A stretch of DNA of 40,827 bases from Sphacelaria rigidula (taxonomy: Eukaryota), in assembly GCA_964200075.2 (NCBI GenBank), contig CAXNAA020000009.1:1-40827 (forward strand), in the 5' to 3' direction. Shown piece by piece: positions 11,856 to 23,800 of this stretch. Within the stretch, counting starts at the first letter, position 1. Each line of letters begins with the position of its first letter. Both the position numbers and the translations under genes were made by a program. The notes below the pieces were generated by a model, which was given only the letters and a program-made list of their open reading frames with translations, did not search any database and was not told the origin of the DNA.

Positions 11856-14800
11856 CTGGACAGAGGGACGAAGCAAAGTTCGGTCGACTTTCTCTCACAT
11901 ACATCATCTGGTGAAACGCGAATACGCCGGCATCACATGCCGCATTAAGGCGATCAAGCAATGACCCGACACTTCTTGCAAGTTTCGATAAAAGTAGGAT
12001 TCGCGCAGCTACTCTGACCGTCTCACCAGGTATGCCAGCCTCTTCGTCCACCTCGGCATCACGCCTCCTGCGCTGCAATTCCTCGGCGAGATCATGAAGT
12101 TGCTCTCGCAACGCTTGAGCATCATTGACGTTGCTTGCCTCACCATGAATATCGGCACTCGTCACGATTTGTGGCTGATTCGGATTCGTTCGTTCATCCG
12201 CGTTGTCCAGTAACTTCAGATCTACCGGGGGCTGTTTCTCCACTGTGCTGTCATCTTCATCGGCTTCCACCATTTCCACATCTGCATCTTGCTCTGTTTC
12301 TGGTCACGTTAACCGTTGAGAGAGGATCGAATAGCGTGGAAAAATGCAACTGTCAACGTGCACACATGTATCCGAGACGGATCACGAATGGCAGCGACAA
12401 CAACGAGACCAAAAAAGCTTCACGACGCGCTTTCTTCGTTCTCCTCCCAACCGATGGCACCCACCTTGCTCGTGTCCATCCTCTTCGCGTTTTTTGCCAG
12501 ACTTGCGATTCTTGTCTCCGCGTTGAGCGTGTTCACCTTCTTCACCGTCAGCATCGCTGACCGCACCCTGGAGAAGAGAATATTCGCGGTCACAGAAATC
12601 ATGATTTTCCTACTGGAGAACTAGATGCGTACCAAGAACACGCTAATGGTGAAGCTATTTGTCAATCTCATGGACGAAATACTTCATCTTCAGTAAGTGT
12701 ACCGCCTACAGACAGATCCGTTGTCTACTGCCTTAAAAGCATAGGTCTACTGTATGCAAAGGGTGCTGAATGCACTCCATTCCCACATTTGGTTTCTCGT
12801 GAATAATAAGAATGAAAACATGCACAGCAGTTCATTTCATCGCCGCACAACCTCATACCTCCATGGAATCACACGCCAAAACCCGTCAATCGGATATACA
12901 GCCACGCACACACCTTTTGGTCTTCACCCTCGTCCAAACCATCCTTCGCATCGGCGGCATCAGCATCATCATCCGATTCTTCTGTCCCTTGAACGATAGC
13001 TTGGTCGATTTCCTTCTTTTCTCCTTCATCAGCGGCTTGACTGGCCGCAGTCTCAGCAGCTTGCTCTTCTGACACCCCCCCAAGGACCTGCACGAGGACG
13101 AAGAGTTAAAAAGGGGGGGGGGGGGGGCGAAATGAAATCACCATGCGGTCAGATCCCATTCCACTCAACCAGCTGACATACCTTCAGCCGACGAGTTACG
13201 GCATCACCACCACAGGATTCATGACCGATACAGGGTAGTCGACCAGCGGTGCGATGCTCCAAAAAAATCGTCGGACCGCCTCGTGTTGAGAGGAACGTGC
13301 GAAGGCCCAAGACGCTGATAAGCCCCATGATATCGTTTGGTGCCGTTGGGTTTTCCAGTTACAGCATCATCACACCTGACTGGAGCCTTCTTCATTGCTG
13401 GTCACGTACTCGAACTTTCCGTCATCTTTATCCCCCGATTCCTCATCGCCACGCTCGGTGTCTTCATCTCCGTCCAGGTCTTCATCTGTTCATGTCAGCA
13501 AGAGGGTATAGCTTTTGACACAATTCATCACGTATCGTACTGCTTGCTCTGTCGCCAACGAGTGAAGGCCATGACAATAAGCGCATCTTCAACCAGGTCA
13601 ACCAGCTCCCCGGGTGATACTGTGGATGAGCACTATCCGTTTGGAATCCGTTTGGAACCATGTGCGGCCGTCGGCGGGCGAGTCACCTGAACATGTGAAC
13701 CCACCGCGAGTATCCGCACCTCCAAATGTTAGTACTAACCTCCGGTGTTGTCCTTGAGCATATCCAGCCGCCTGTGCCAATGCTTCATCACATCGCCCGG
13801 GTTCCTGTAAACCACATCAAAATGCCGCAACGATGATACAGAGGAATATATTTACCGTTGGAGAGAGATAGTGGGTCATGTTTTGAACGGGACGTCAATT
13901 TCATTCGAAAAAAGCATGCGTAGCCCAGATAGACTACGTTCGCTGTGTGAGGGTCAAGGAGGACAAGGGCAGGTTTTATACTTTGTTGAGATGTTGACGG
14001 CGTTCGACCCGCCGAGTACACACAGGCGGTGTGACCACTCGCCCTTTCACACGGCGGTTCCTATATTTACCGACACACGGCGGTTCATCTTCGCAGGTCA
14101 TGGCAGACGAACGCGCCAATGGTTTGGCGGAACTCTGTGGCAGATAGACCTGCGGTATTGCTGATCCACGCAGAAAATCGCGGTCGTCTGTACTGCAGAA
14201 CCTAAAAAATCGGCACTGAACAAATATGTGAATTCGAAACAAAATAGGTGCCCGAATCCGACGGCAAAACACATGATCAACGACGGAATCGATAACGTGA
14301 TAATATTCAATATTTCCGTTATCTTTCGGCTTACATCGACGATTACACACAATTCTGCACTCAGCTGTGCAAACCATTCCCGTTTTTCACATACTAACCT
14401 GAAGGGATTGGGTGCTTCCGGACGCCGTCTTTTGTCTTTGCCGTGTCCCTCGCCCGTTCCATTGCCTCCTGACTCATCCCTCCGCCACTCCCCTCCATCC
14501 CCTTCTTCTCCCTTCCCCCCCCCGCCCCCATCATCGGCACCTTGCGCGGCACTGCCGCCACCAGGCTTGGGGAGTAAACGCGACGCGACGACGGGGTGGA
14601 AAAATAGCCGTTAGATGACGAAACTACAAACACACCCATCAAAACAGTTTTCCCGATATATTTCGAAAAAAAATACAACACAACGCAAAAGCTGGTTGTG
14701 ACAACATGTTGACAGCGTTCGACCCGCCGAGTACACACAGGCGGTGTGACCACTCGTCCATTCACACGGCGGTTCCTATATTTACTGGCACCCTTTGCTC

Positions 14801-17800
14801 TTCGCAGGTCATGGCAGACGAACGCGCCAATGGTTTGGCGGAACTCTGTGGCAGATAGCCCTGCGGGGAATAAAGAACAACTCAAAAATACCCGTTTGCG
14901 CTTCACGACAGCATCCTCACCCTGCAGTTATCAAGATTCAGATTTCACTCACCTCGGTATTTTTCCCGTCGTCTTCTCTGGCGTCCTCATCGTCCCCGTC
15001 GTTGTCTTCAGCCATCTATATTGAAAAAGAACAGCACCGAAGAAGAGCGTTCAATTTCAAGATACCTGCAACATTACGATGTAGAATCCCAACAACTTTC
15101 TTGCAGGTATCTTGTCACCCTTGTCGGCAAACGATGCGGTTATGACCGAATCCCCCCCAAAGAACTTTCACCAGCACGTGTGACGTTTGTCGCACACAGG
15201 AGACACCAGATGTTGACAGCGTTCGACCCGCCGAGTACACACAGGCGGTGTGACCACTCGCCCTTTCACACGGCGGTTCCTATATTTACTGACACTCTTT
15301 GCTCTTCGCAGGTCATGGCAGACGAACGCGCCAATGGTTTGGCGGAACTCTGTGGCAGATAGACCTGCGGGATATCCAACTTCACTATATATTGAGTCCT
15401 CAACTGCCTTGACGTTTTTCCACATATACTTTTCACAAATGAACGTAACACAAAGCTCGAAACGCGACGGATTACTCGATGTAGCGCTGATTGCACGCGG
15501 CGAATACACAACGAACGCAATCTCTCACCTCATCCTTCGAAGCATCCATCGTCACCCGAGCGTCGCCGTCGTCTCCCTCAACTCCAAAAGCAGGTGGTTC
15601 GTCCTTCCCATTTTCCACCTGATCCTCCACCTTCTCGGTTTCATCGCCTTCGTCCTTATCTTCACCACCATCAGCGTCGGCGCCCTCTTCGTCGACAGGG
15701 TCCACTTCTGGTGCTCCCGGATTCCCAGCTCCCTAATATAACGGCATGGTACGGACCAAAGTTAGTAAAACCTGAAACGCGATTTGGTTGTGGGTCATCT
15801 CCTCATGACCCATGACGGGCTAATCTGGGCTGTGTAATACCATCGCTCGGTTCAAGAAGACAACAATGTACAGCGCACAACCATGAGTAACCAGGGACGT
15901 TACACATCAGAAAGATCGTTTCGTGTTCAAGCCAAGCTAGACTAGTGATGTCACGGTGGGCACTATGGCCCAACGCTTGATACGATGTTACTTGTAGCGA
16001 CAGTTCCCTGATGAAAACGTCTCGCTGGTGACCTCTACTCCACCACCTATCGTCTGAAATAAAAGGGATTGTTGACAGCCTTCGACCCGCCGAGTACACA
16101 CAGGCAGTGTGACCACTCGCCTTTTCACACGGCGGTTCCTATATTTACTGATACCCTTTGCTCTTCGCAGGTCATGGCAGACGAACGCGCCAATGGTTTG
16201 GCGGAACTCTGTGGCAGATAGACCTGCGGGATAATTCCTTTTCACATCACGACTACTTCCCCCATGAGGGTTAGGGTTAGATAACCCATGAAACGACGAC
16301 TGTACGAAGGGAGGGATCACGACGCGAGACTGGGTAGATTGGATTGATCGTCATTAGCACCATGTCCGTGATATCCGAGCATGGTACAACCTTGGCCAAA
16401 CAAACCCAATACATCAAAACTACGCACTCTGCATTATATTCGTAATCACGTTACGAGATGTACAATGCGTACTATATTGACTTTTGTGGTATATCCACGG
16501 CCCCGGTGGCTCAGTTGGTAACCAAGTAACCTTTTGACGGTCGAGTAGTGGGGTTCAATTCCCGGAGCGATCTGGGATTTTCTCTACACCATGCCCAACA
16601 GTGGAGAGCGACCATGTCGTGGGTACACAAAATTCGACTCTACGGTCGACGAGGGAAAGCGGTTGTTGAACCGCAGGCACCGCAGGAGTAAGGTGGGGTA
16701 ATAAAAAAAAACACAGTGAAGTTCCTGTGTCGACCTTCCTTCTGTGTCAACCCAGCTAATGCGTCCACATATACCGAAAGATGTAGACTTTGTCTAGAAT
16801 AGATGAAACGTCAACACAGAGACCCGATACAAAAACCACAAGACGGTGAAACGCTAGGGCAAATCCAGGGTGCATATCCCGCAACGTTTCCTCATTACAA
16901 TTTCACCCCGAACAGACTGTGCCACGCGGCGGGGCAGGTAACATAATATGCGGAACGTATCATACCTCAGGCTGATTTTCATCTTGCCCGAGTTCGGGAG
17001 TTTCCGCAGCTTCATCTTCGGGCGCCAGAGTCTCGAAGCCCTCTTTCTCCTTGCCCTCCTCATCTCCATCACCACCTTCGCTGCCCCCGTCATCGTCCTT
17101 GCCCTCCTCCGCTCCTCCTCCTTCATCTCCGTCTTCATCCTGATTTCGGACCATGATCACATCAGCACATTTTCATGATTTGGCGTAAAGAGTACAGTTA
17201 CTGAAATCGATCTCCCCTCCCCCAAGTACAAACGCACGAACACACATACACCGATGGGCGCGTCTGTCTTTCCCTACAAACATGGCGTAAGAGTTGCATC
17301 GTGCGGGGCACTTCAGCGTCTGTTCACGTTTTGAGCCTCGTCCAGGTTGAGATCGTCGGGGAGCTCTTCCGGGTTGTCTTCGCCAGCAGGGTCCTTGTCT
17401 TCATCGTCCAATTGGCCTTCATCAACTTTCATTGCCTCTTCCTCACCTCGCACCTGAAATGGACATACGACGGAGAGTGAGAGTGTTTTCGCCTCAACGA
17501 GACTCTGTCGGTAAGGGTCGCGATTTGTCGTGAAGAGATGAAGTCAGAAAGCTGGGGGAATACATACTTATTTGACCATTGATCACACATCCCCTTCGAG
17601 ACAGAGGGGACACGGGGGGAAATGGGGATGAACGGACCTCCGCTCAGTGTGTAACACGTACATGACACGCTGACGGTGGTACCCTTTTCCAACATGTTGA
17701 CAGCGTTCGACCCGCCGAGTACACACAGGCGGTGTGACCACTCGCCCTTTCACACGGCGGTTCCTATATTTACTGACACCCTTTGCTCTTCGCAGGTCAT

Positions 17801-20800
17801 GGCAGACGAACGCGCCAATGGTTTGGCGGAACTCTGTGGCAGATAGACCTGCGGTGACTAATTTGACACGCATCCTCAAAAATGTTCTTTGCTTTCGCCG
17901 TAAAAAATCATGGGTGCACCAATTGAATAAGTTACAACACACGATTGAACGATTGACAATCGCACGTTGGCCAAATGAAGTTGAAGCTCACCTCTACGCC
18001 CATGGGCTTGTCCTCGTAGTTCTCCTCCAGGTCATCATTCACCAATCCTTCCTTCTCGCCGTCATCCCCATCTTCATGCTCATCATCAGCGTTTTCTTGG
18101 TCAACCCCATCATCACCCATGTTCCCCTCGGGCTTTCCATCAGCCTCATCTTCGCCCTTGTCCTCTTCTTTTCCTCCATCCTGTTTTCGATCACGCACAG
18201 AGTAACGCCCTTCAACACAATGGCTCGAGCAAATTTGTTCTCTTTCGATTTCACATGATGGCATCTCCCGACGTGTAAATTCAAGTTCGTCACATCACGA
18301 GCCAATAATGTCAGGGTATGATATGGCTTGCGACCAAATGTTATGTGGTCTAACCCGACCTTTTCCTTGCCCTCTCCGTCTTCATCATCGTCGTGACCAT
18401 CCTCCTTCGTGCGAATCTCGTCTTCTTCTGGCTTTTCTCCGTCTAGCCGAGACCTGACCATACACGGACACGAGACGGAGGGAATGAAGACGTGAGAAGT
18501 GCCTGTTGCGCCACTCATTCCATGTCACGTGACACATCCATCTTAACTGACTCCATAAAACCGGGGTCATCACACGCGTCTTGGACCGGCCATGATAAAC
18601 GAACATGCTTACCCTGCTTCGAACTTCTCCTCCTGCTCATCCTTTCCTTCCTCCTGCCCATCGTCGTCATCATCCCAGAGTTTCTCATCGACCACGTCGG
18701 CATTATCGCCCAGGTCATCACCCATCTCCCGATCAAGCTCCTCCTTATCTTCAGCTTCTTCTTCTCCCTCATCGTTTTGGTCACCCTTCCACATGTTGCG
18801 CATGACAAACGGGAGGGAGGCAGGTGTCAAAACTCTCTCCCTCGCGCGAAAGAAACATATTTTCCACTGTCATCTCTCGTCTCATCGACTGACAAAACAG
18901 TTTTGCCGTACGAAACGCGGTGGATCTGTAACACGGCATACTGACTGCGCGAATACCTTTCTCCTTCAAAACGCCTACACACCCAGAAGAGATCACTGAC
19001 CTTGGGAACATCAAACATATCCCCCTCGAAATCGTTTTCCATTTCCATACCCTTGTCCTGCTCGTCCTCGCCTGTGGACGGAAACGGAGATGGGACACAC
19101 GTCGAAGAGGGCGTCAGGATGATTGCAACAGCGGCTGCACACACGGAGTTGTACCGCGAGCTCTTCCTTAGCTTCATCTTTCGATTCCAACATCCTCACC
19201 GAGTTCTTTGACTTCCTCGGCTTGATCTTTATCCGGCTCATCGCCCTTGAGACCCAGCAGTTGTTCTTCGTCCTCGATCTGATCTGTGACGTCCTTCTTC
19301 CCATCTCCCTCACCCATTCCTGTCCCCTCAACATCATCGTCAAACTGTGGAGTGGCGCAGGCATGACATGGAATGCAACACGAGCGATACTGTCGAACTC
19401 ATTTCGAAAAAATGCGCACACCCGACACTTGATGAAGTGAACACCACGCGGTGCGGAGCTGACCCAAACTCGCGTCAAGTAACATGCAGTAAAGTCTCGC
19501 CTCTTATTTTCCAGATACGAAATACGTCGGTAGGGAGCATATTCGGAGAAATAAGACGAATGACGTGGATGATGATCCGGATCAGTGATGTGTCGTGTAT
19601 TAGCCCACAACAGATCACGGGACCCCAGATTCTCAAAGAGAGAATGTTCCATGATAATCCGCTTATTGCGGAATATCCCTCCTTGTCGAAATCGAACTTC
19701 ATGCAGCCCAGGTGGACGTGTCATCAACATCACTAGCTTCAAGTGCAATCAGTCAGTCCACATCACACGAACCTTCATCCCTTCAATGTCGCCCTCTCCG
19801 TCCCCCTCCATCTCTTCCGTTTCATCGGAGCACAGTCCCTTCGAAAGCAAAAGTCGGAAAACTCTAAGAGTGACGTAGTGCAGCTTGGCCGTTCCCTGAA
19901 AAAAAGTGCAACACGACAGTGAGAGTTAGGAGAAGCGTGACAGCATTTTGTACGTGAGCAATGCAACACCCCCGTGTTCCTATCGACAGAAGCAGAACGT
20001 CGAGCCCTTTCCCTACCGCTTTTCGTTGTAGTGTGCCATCATTAGGTACGCGACGGGGTATTGACGAATCGCAACATCGACACCAGAGATTCTAACCTTG
20101 TTGAAAGCAACGATCCCTGTCAGCACCGCTCGTCCAGCACCCAACACTTGCTCGGCCAACGGCAGAACGTCACGCAGCAGCGTCACCGCAGCGACCGTCG
20201 CCTCGGCGGCAGGCGCCGCTCCGTCCGCCCATCCAGTAGCAGTCACGGCTTCCGAGAACTCCACCATGCATGTTCTGACCGATCTCAGCGCGTCCGCGCA
20301 ACGCCAGAGTTTGAGCGATCTGGCTTGCTCGAAGGAAGATGCGTGTGTTTCCATCAAGGTCGTACCAGTGACCGACAGTCCTTCGTCTGCACCGTCGCTG
20401 TCGGAGTCAGTAGTCCTCTCTGGCAATAGGACCTCACCGTCGGCTGTAGTGTCCGATTTTCCATCTTCAACAGATGACGGACGGGGGCCTCGGCAGAGCG
20501 ATTGCACCGAAATCAGCATCGATTTCACGGCGAAGTTTATTTTTTTTCCGAACTGCCTCATGTGATCAACCGTCGCTGATTGCGCCGCGTCGAGAGCAAT
20601 CAAGTCAATGGCCGGTGAGGACGATTGCAAAGGTTGAGTCGAAGACATCGCTCGCACCTCCGATTCCGAAAACCGGGTTGAACCTGGCTGCATGACCCAC
20701 CAGAAACGAAGTACGGGGTCAGAGTTCAGGCACGTGCGGACGGTGTCGATGATGCACGACAGGTGGTCGCCAACACGCTGTAGAGCGGCGACAGGTATAA

Positions 20801-23800
20801 CGTTCGAGAATTTCCGAGAAATTGCGCGCGTTTCTGTTGCGAGGCATGCGAGTGACTCTTGATTCTCCAACACCGCAGCGACGGCTCCAGCAGCCAGGAG
20901 GGGCACCGCCACGTCCGATGAAGATTCGTCTTTGGTCGAGGTTGACATTGGAGGGGCCGGGAACTGATCGAGGCGGGCGAGCATGACGGATGTCTTTTGC
21001 TCCAAGTCGGACACGGCAGCCGTCGCCTCTGTCGAAGAGGCCGAATCAGTAGGGTTTTGACCCCAACCTTGAGAAAAAAAAGGCGGGAAGCAAAATAAAC
21101 GACAATTCAAGGGAAAAAAGCAGGGCGAAGACCGTCAGGGTTACATAGCTGGGAAAAGGGTTCAAAAAAATTCATCACTTTAATCCAGAAGTACCGAGGG
21201 CGTGACCCTTCCATACCGCGGACTCCCTATACAGCATTTCGCACCATCTCATCAGCGAAGTAAAAATCACATGCTGCCTTCAGATTTAGTTGCTACAGCC
21301 CATAGAACATGGGACCGCGGCCGGTAGCTCGTATCCTCGACGTCACGGCATACATGCCGCAACTCACCAGTTCCATTCGGCGTGACGGGCGTCGAAGGTG
21401 AGGGAGGATCGGCTTCCGCCATGGCTTTCACCAGCAGCTGGACCTCCCGGACCGATTCGACAGATCTCCGCAGACCCTGCCGTTGGGCCTCCACGGCCCG
21501 CCTCAGTGACCTCTGGGCCGGTAACGGTTTTTTAGTCGAAGCCGCCGCAGGAAACGCGGCGTTTTCGTCCACGGCCATCGAATCAACTGGATACGAGGGC
21601 TCCTCCTTGCCACCACCGATGGAATAGTCTCGGACAAGTGAACGGAGGGCGTTGATTTCTCGCGCAAACCTCGATATTTCCCTCTCGAGAGCAACAGCCG
21701 TTCCCCGCTGTTGCAAGATTACAAGGCCCAGATGTTCCGACAGACCTTTCATCACCTGTTACAGTAGGAGTCAAGACATGCCAAGTCGAGTACAGTAGGA
21801 GTCAAGACATGCCAAGTCGAGGAAAAGTGGTGCCCACGCGCTCGACCTAAATGGCGTCGAGTTGATATAATGTTGGACAAGAAGACATACCCAGATTTAT
21901 CGAAAATCAAGTTACGGGGTAGGGTTACATACCACCAGCGATCGACAGCCAGATTTGGGTGAAACGTTGAGTACAGCGAGCGCAGCACCGGCACCCGCGA
22001 CATTTCTAGTGAGGGGGAGCGACACATGTTGATGAAAGAAACACGGAGAAGCAAGCTGTGCCGACTACGAGATGGAGCGACGTACTCATTAGACCACGGG
22101 GAATACCACCTGGCAGACCACGTCCCGCACCATGTCCCAAGCATTTGTGACTGACCACAGCGTTACCAAGTATGCCCAGCCCATACCACTCGTTTTTGTA
22201 CCTCTGCTTCCCTCCTTGATAGATCCCTTGCCACGGGTGCTCCGGCCTCTAGTCTCAGTCGGGATAGCTCGCTCAAACTCTTGAAAAAGTATCGCTCCCC
22301 ACGATGCAATATATCGCGCACCGCCGACGCCGCACCGGGCGTGGGAGCATGGCCCTCAATTACGCTGTTGTCCAAGAGCCACGACGGCTCTGTCCCGGCG
22401 AGTTGGTCAGCGGCGAACGGCTGTGGGATGGCCATGACGTGAAGCATGTCCGACGCTTCCCCTGGTGTGAAGGACTTGGCGTGCTTCAGACCCTGCTTAC
22501 GCATTCCCACCAAAAGGTCAAGAACGGCCCGCTTCTTCACCTGCACAGAGACGCGTTTGTTCGGGTGAGTAATGTGCGCCTCCGAGGACAGCAACGCGTT
22601 TCTTTTACAGCCTTGCCTGTTGCGTTTCGGCATCGTTTTTTTTTCCGATGTCGAATGGAACCGCAATATTCTCACGAGGGTAGGTGAGCTGCTCATTCGG
22701 CATGAGTAGATTGACTACGCGCACGGCGTTTCAACGCCAAAACACGATTTTGAACCAACCGTGCTACACGCATCTGCGTTGTACAAGTAACGTGGAGCAC
22801 TACTACTAGAGCTAGTGGGAGGTGCACGAACGGAACACACCACAGGCAGGCTCCTGAGAGAACACGATCGTCCGAGAACATGACATGGTCCGCAATGCTT
22901 CTCGAGCTCACGAGAGGTGCACGGACGCGATACAAGATCGAATGGCTGCGCAAACCATGATCCCGACAACTGCCAATGCACACACCTGTTTGCCGATGGT
23001 GGTGGCTCGCAACGCCTGTATTCTCCCGAAAACGGCAAGACACAACTCTTCCGCTAGTCCTGCCCCCAGAAACCCGACCGGCCTACCACCGTCCGTCCAC
23101 CGGCCGTTTCGCGTCCATCTTGCCGACTTCTTGGCGTACACGCTCTCGCGCAATAACGAGCGCATGCGTTTCTTCAGCATGGACAACCGGGCCGTCAGCG
23201 AGCCAACTTTGTTGGTATTGCCGTCGGAACCTGTAGAGCTGTCGGCAAGTAAAGCCACCTTCAGCCAAGGTGACCACCCAATGCTCCTGGGATCGGTGAC
23301 TATTTCTCTCGTTGAGTGTAAAAGTTGCGGCTCCTTGGGAAGGCACACGTCCAGCAACTGTAACGACGTTCGCGATGCGTGACAAGGCCTAGCGGAACGG
23401 GATTTAGCTTCCGGTTTCTGCAACTCTTTTTCCATGGGCTCCCGTGCCTCAACGACGACACCGTGAATCATTACTGTATCGTCGGCAACGTTCCGTTCCG
23501 CTTCATCAGAATCAGCATCCGCTTCGACAAAATCAGCCGAGCTGTCCACCTGTCGCCGTCGTATACAGGAACGGGGGGCGCAACAATCACGGCCAAGAGT
23601 GCCTACATTGAGGCTGAGCCGAGTGGCATGTACCCAGGCCAAGAAGACCTCGCGCGTCATTCATCACCGACAATTTTGTTCACCGTAGCAACAAGCGAGG
23701 GTTCACTCTACAGTTCGTCGATATCTTTCCTACGTCGGCGTAGACCTATCGACATCTCGTAGTGGGAGAGTGTAATGGCATGACATCGAGCACAAAGCAA

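Noticed and set aside
13493-13532. GUGAUGA...CUGA on the minus strand (C/D-like)
   Set aside because: Only ~26 nt between the boxes and no terminal stem; the CUGAC is positioned as the intron branch point.
16499-16570. Possible tRNA gene
   Set aside because: A and B boxes are present but there is no convincing acceptor or anticodon stem; the downstream body and A-tail indicate a SINE.
17815-17826. AAACCAU in the snoRNA resembles the U17/snR30 m2 motif
   Set aside because: It lies in the apex of hairpin 1 rather than near ACA, and no m1 motif (AUAUUCCUA) is present.
17734-19440. Hydrophobic plus-strand ORFs that look like membrane proteins
   Set aside because: Antisense shadows of the GAN-rich acidic midasin exons.
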